Virus record (IMG/VR): IMGVR_UViG_3300045988_122441
Strand: one strand, 5' to 3'
Length of the DNA stretch: 64,000 nt
Source: a virus
Shown: positions 62,569-64,000 of the stretch, in pieces
Layout of the letters: each line of letters starts with the position of its first letter
How positions within the stretch are numbered: the stretch's first letter is position 1
Program-made: the position numbers and the translations under genes
Notes under the pieces: generated by a model
What the model was told of the DNA's origin: nothing
The model's input: only the letters and a program-made list of their open reading frames with translations
Databases searched by the model: none

Positions 62569-64000
62569 TTACAGTTTTACGCAGTAATCAAGAGAAATCC
62601 ATCCGGCTCCGGATTTCAGTTTTCCCCAGCCCTTAGTAGAGCCAGTTCCTGCTTTTTCCTCAACAATAGTGAAAGTTCCCTTTCCGGTGTATTTACCAGT
62701 AATAGGATAGTTTGTGCCAGCTCCAGAACGAATTCTGAGATCACTTGCGTCAACACGAACTTTGTACGGTACGTTGCTTGCAGCTGGTTTTGAGGAGGAA
62801 CCAGATACGGTGGAACCAATCGTACAATAAGACGCATTTGCAAGGTAAATCCAGCCAGCACCAGACTTCAGTTTTCCCCATCCGTTGCTGAGAGCGGTAA
62901 TTGTGAATACACCCTTGCCAGTCTGACCAACAATATCGCCGTTCGGTGTTTTTCTGATGTTCAAATCAGATACCAGAACATTGACTGTGAACGGAGTGTT
63001 CGGGAAGTTGGTGTTTGTCTTTGACGGGGTAGTAGTGCTTGTAGAACCAGAAGAGCTTCCTCCGGTAGATGTAGAGCCGCTTCCCAGCAATGCATTGATA
63101 CGATTTGCTAAATCACCGTATCTTGAATATAGCCAGTTACCAGGGCAACTCTTGTTCGCAAAGAAGCGATGAGCAGTCAGAACCATCTCATTGCTCTTTG
63201 GTTCGTATGCCAGAGCTGCTTCCTTACTGCCTTTCCAAACTACTTTGGTTTTGCCGTTTCTACGACAGATATCAGCGCAAAGCTTAATCAGTTTTTCGTA
63301 AACGACATCGTTCATTTCGTAAGGTTCTTTCATACCGCTTGCACACTCAATGGTGATTGCTCGCTGGTCGTTTGCATTACTGGATGAACACCAGCTACGA
63401 TTAGCCTCGTCCACGCATAACACAACTCGTCCATCTTTACCGATACCATAGTTACAGCTTGCCTGTACGGAAGAACTTGTAAAGCAGCTGCCGATAGATT
63501 CAGCGGAGAGCTGTCCAACAACGCAATGCGGTGTTAATCTGTCGATTGAGTGAGTACGTCTGCCGCTGTGGTTAGGACTCTTTACCACACAATCTACAAG
63601 TGAACTGTTTGTGTAACCCATAGTCGTACCTCCTTCTGTCTGAGTTGTTTTTGAAGCAAATTTGTCGTAATATACCTGACCGTAGGATGCTCTGCGGCTC
63701 TGTACAGCAGAACTCTGGTCAGCAGGACGCTCATACTTTAAGAGCACAGCATTTGATGCCTGCAGAACGGAAGTAGCACTACGCAGTTCAGAGAGAACAG
63801 TACCGTAGTTTTCACTCAGTTCCTTGTACATGAACTCAAGCTGCATCTCCAGATCACCAATAGATGTACCTTTAGACTGACAGAATGCAAGTAATGCCTG
63901 CTTTCTGCTCCAATAAGTCCACTGGCACAAACCATAGCCAGCACTGTCTCGTACAAAATTCTTGTATGATCCGTTATCGACTGCTGCCGTATAAGCCGCA
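62569..64000 (-). CDS. Multidomain endolysin (lysozyme-like N-terminal region, amidase_2/PGRP domain, 2x SH3b), 5'-truncated by the window edge
   Basis: The frame stays open upstream of the track start, reading ...AAYTAAVDNGSYKNFVRDSAGYGLCQWTYW. Amidase block ITIECASG...LTAHRFFANKSCPG. Two C-terminal repeats contain GWGKLKSGAGWI. A Ser/Gly/Thr linker is present. Confidence 0.8.
   Translation of the reverse strand, partial: AAYTAAVDNGSYKNFVRDSAGYGLCQWTYWSRKQALLAFCQSKGTSIGDLEMQLEFMYKELSENYGTVLSELRSATSVLQASNAVLLKYERPADQSSAVQSRRASYGQVYYDKFASKTTQTEGGTTMGYTNSSLVDCVVKSPNHSGRRTHSIDRLTPHCVVGQLSAESIGSCFTSSSVQASCNYGIGKDGRVVLCVDEANRSWCSSSNANDQRAITIECASGMKEPYEMNDVVYEKLIKLCADICRRNGKTKVVWKGSKEAALAYEPKSNEMVLTAHRFFANKSCPGNWLYSRYGDLANRINALLGSGSTSTGGSSSGSTSTTTPSKTNTNFPNTPFTVNVLVSDLNIRKTPNGDIVGQTGKGVFTITALSNGWGKLKSGAGWIYLANASYCTIGSTVSGSSSKPAASNVPYKVRVDASDLRIRSGAGTNYPITGKYTGKGTFTIVEEKAGTGSTKGWGKLKSGAGWISLDYCVKL

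Noticed and set aside
1-64000. Stop-codon reassignment (suppressor tRNA / alternative genetic code), as seen in some large gut phages.
   Set aside because: Long ORFs such as Pol III alpha, NrdD, the P-type ATPase and Pnkp are uninterrupted under the standard code. The two clear tRNAs read Met and Gln sense codons. The single interrupted gene is explained by a frameshift, not an in-frame stop.

Overview
This window looks like part of a large temperate phage genome, read in its unintegrated or circular form. Codon usage, RBS style (AGGAGG) and gene content suggest a Firmicutes/Clostridia-type host. About 100 tightly packed genes lie on the + strand up to an xis-int-attP module at about 59.7-61.6 kb. 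After that, a lysis cassette runs on the - strand and continues past the right edge of the window.

Recognisable modules:
- RNase H plus a tRNA.
- An E1-like/JAB cluster.
- A domain-minimal reverse transcriptase.
- DNA ligase.
- An SPFH protein.
- A Pnkp-type RNA repair enzyme.
- A P-type Ca2+-ATPase with three TerD paralogs, a PspA-like protein and a SLOG protein.
- A tmRNA.
- An NAD+ salvage/reconstitution island: PncA, Prs-like, NAMPT-like, macrodomain, NADAR, NadE.
- A frameshifted Thg1-like gene.
- Cysteine desulfurase.
- A MazF-like toxin.
- A replication/recombination block: ERF, SSB, Cas4-like nuclease, DnaB, primase, Pol III alpha.
- Nucleotide metabolism: ThyX-like, NrdDG, Dut, plus PhoH and ClpP.
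- Pth2.

The most unusual signal is a family of four paralogous 260-290 nt intergenic elements. Their predicted helices are conserved by compensatory base changes. One element sits directly upstream of the reverse transcriptase in a retron-like layout. I cannot assign these elements to any named RNA class.

All functional calls come from motif reading of the supplied translations. No database search was run.
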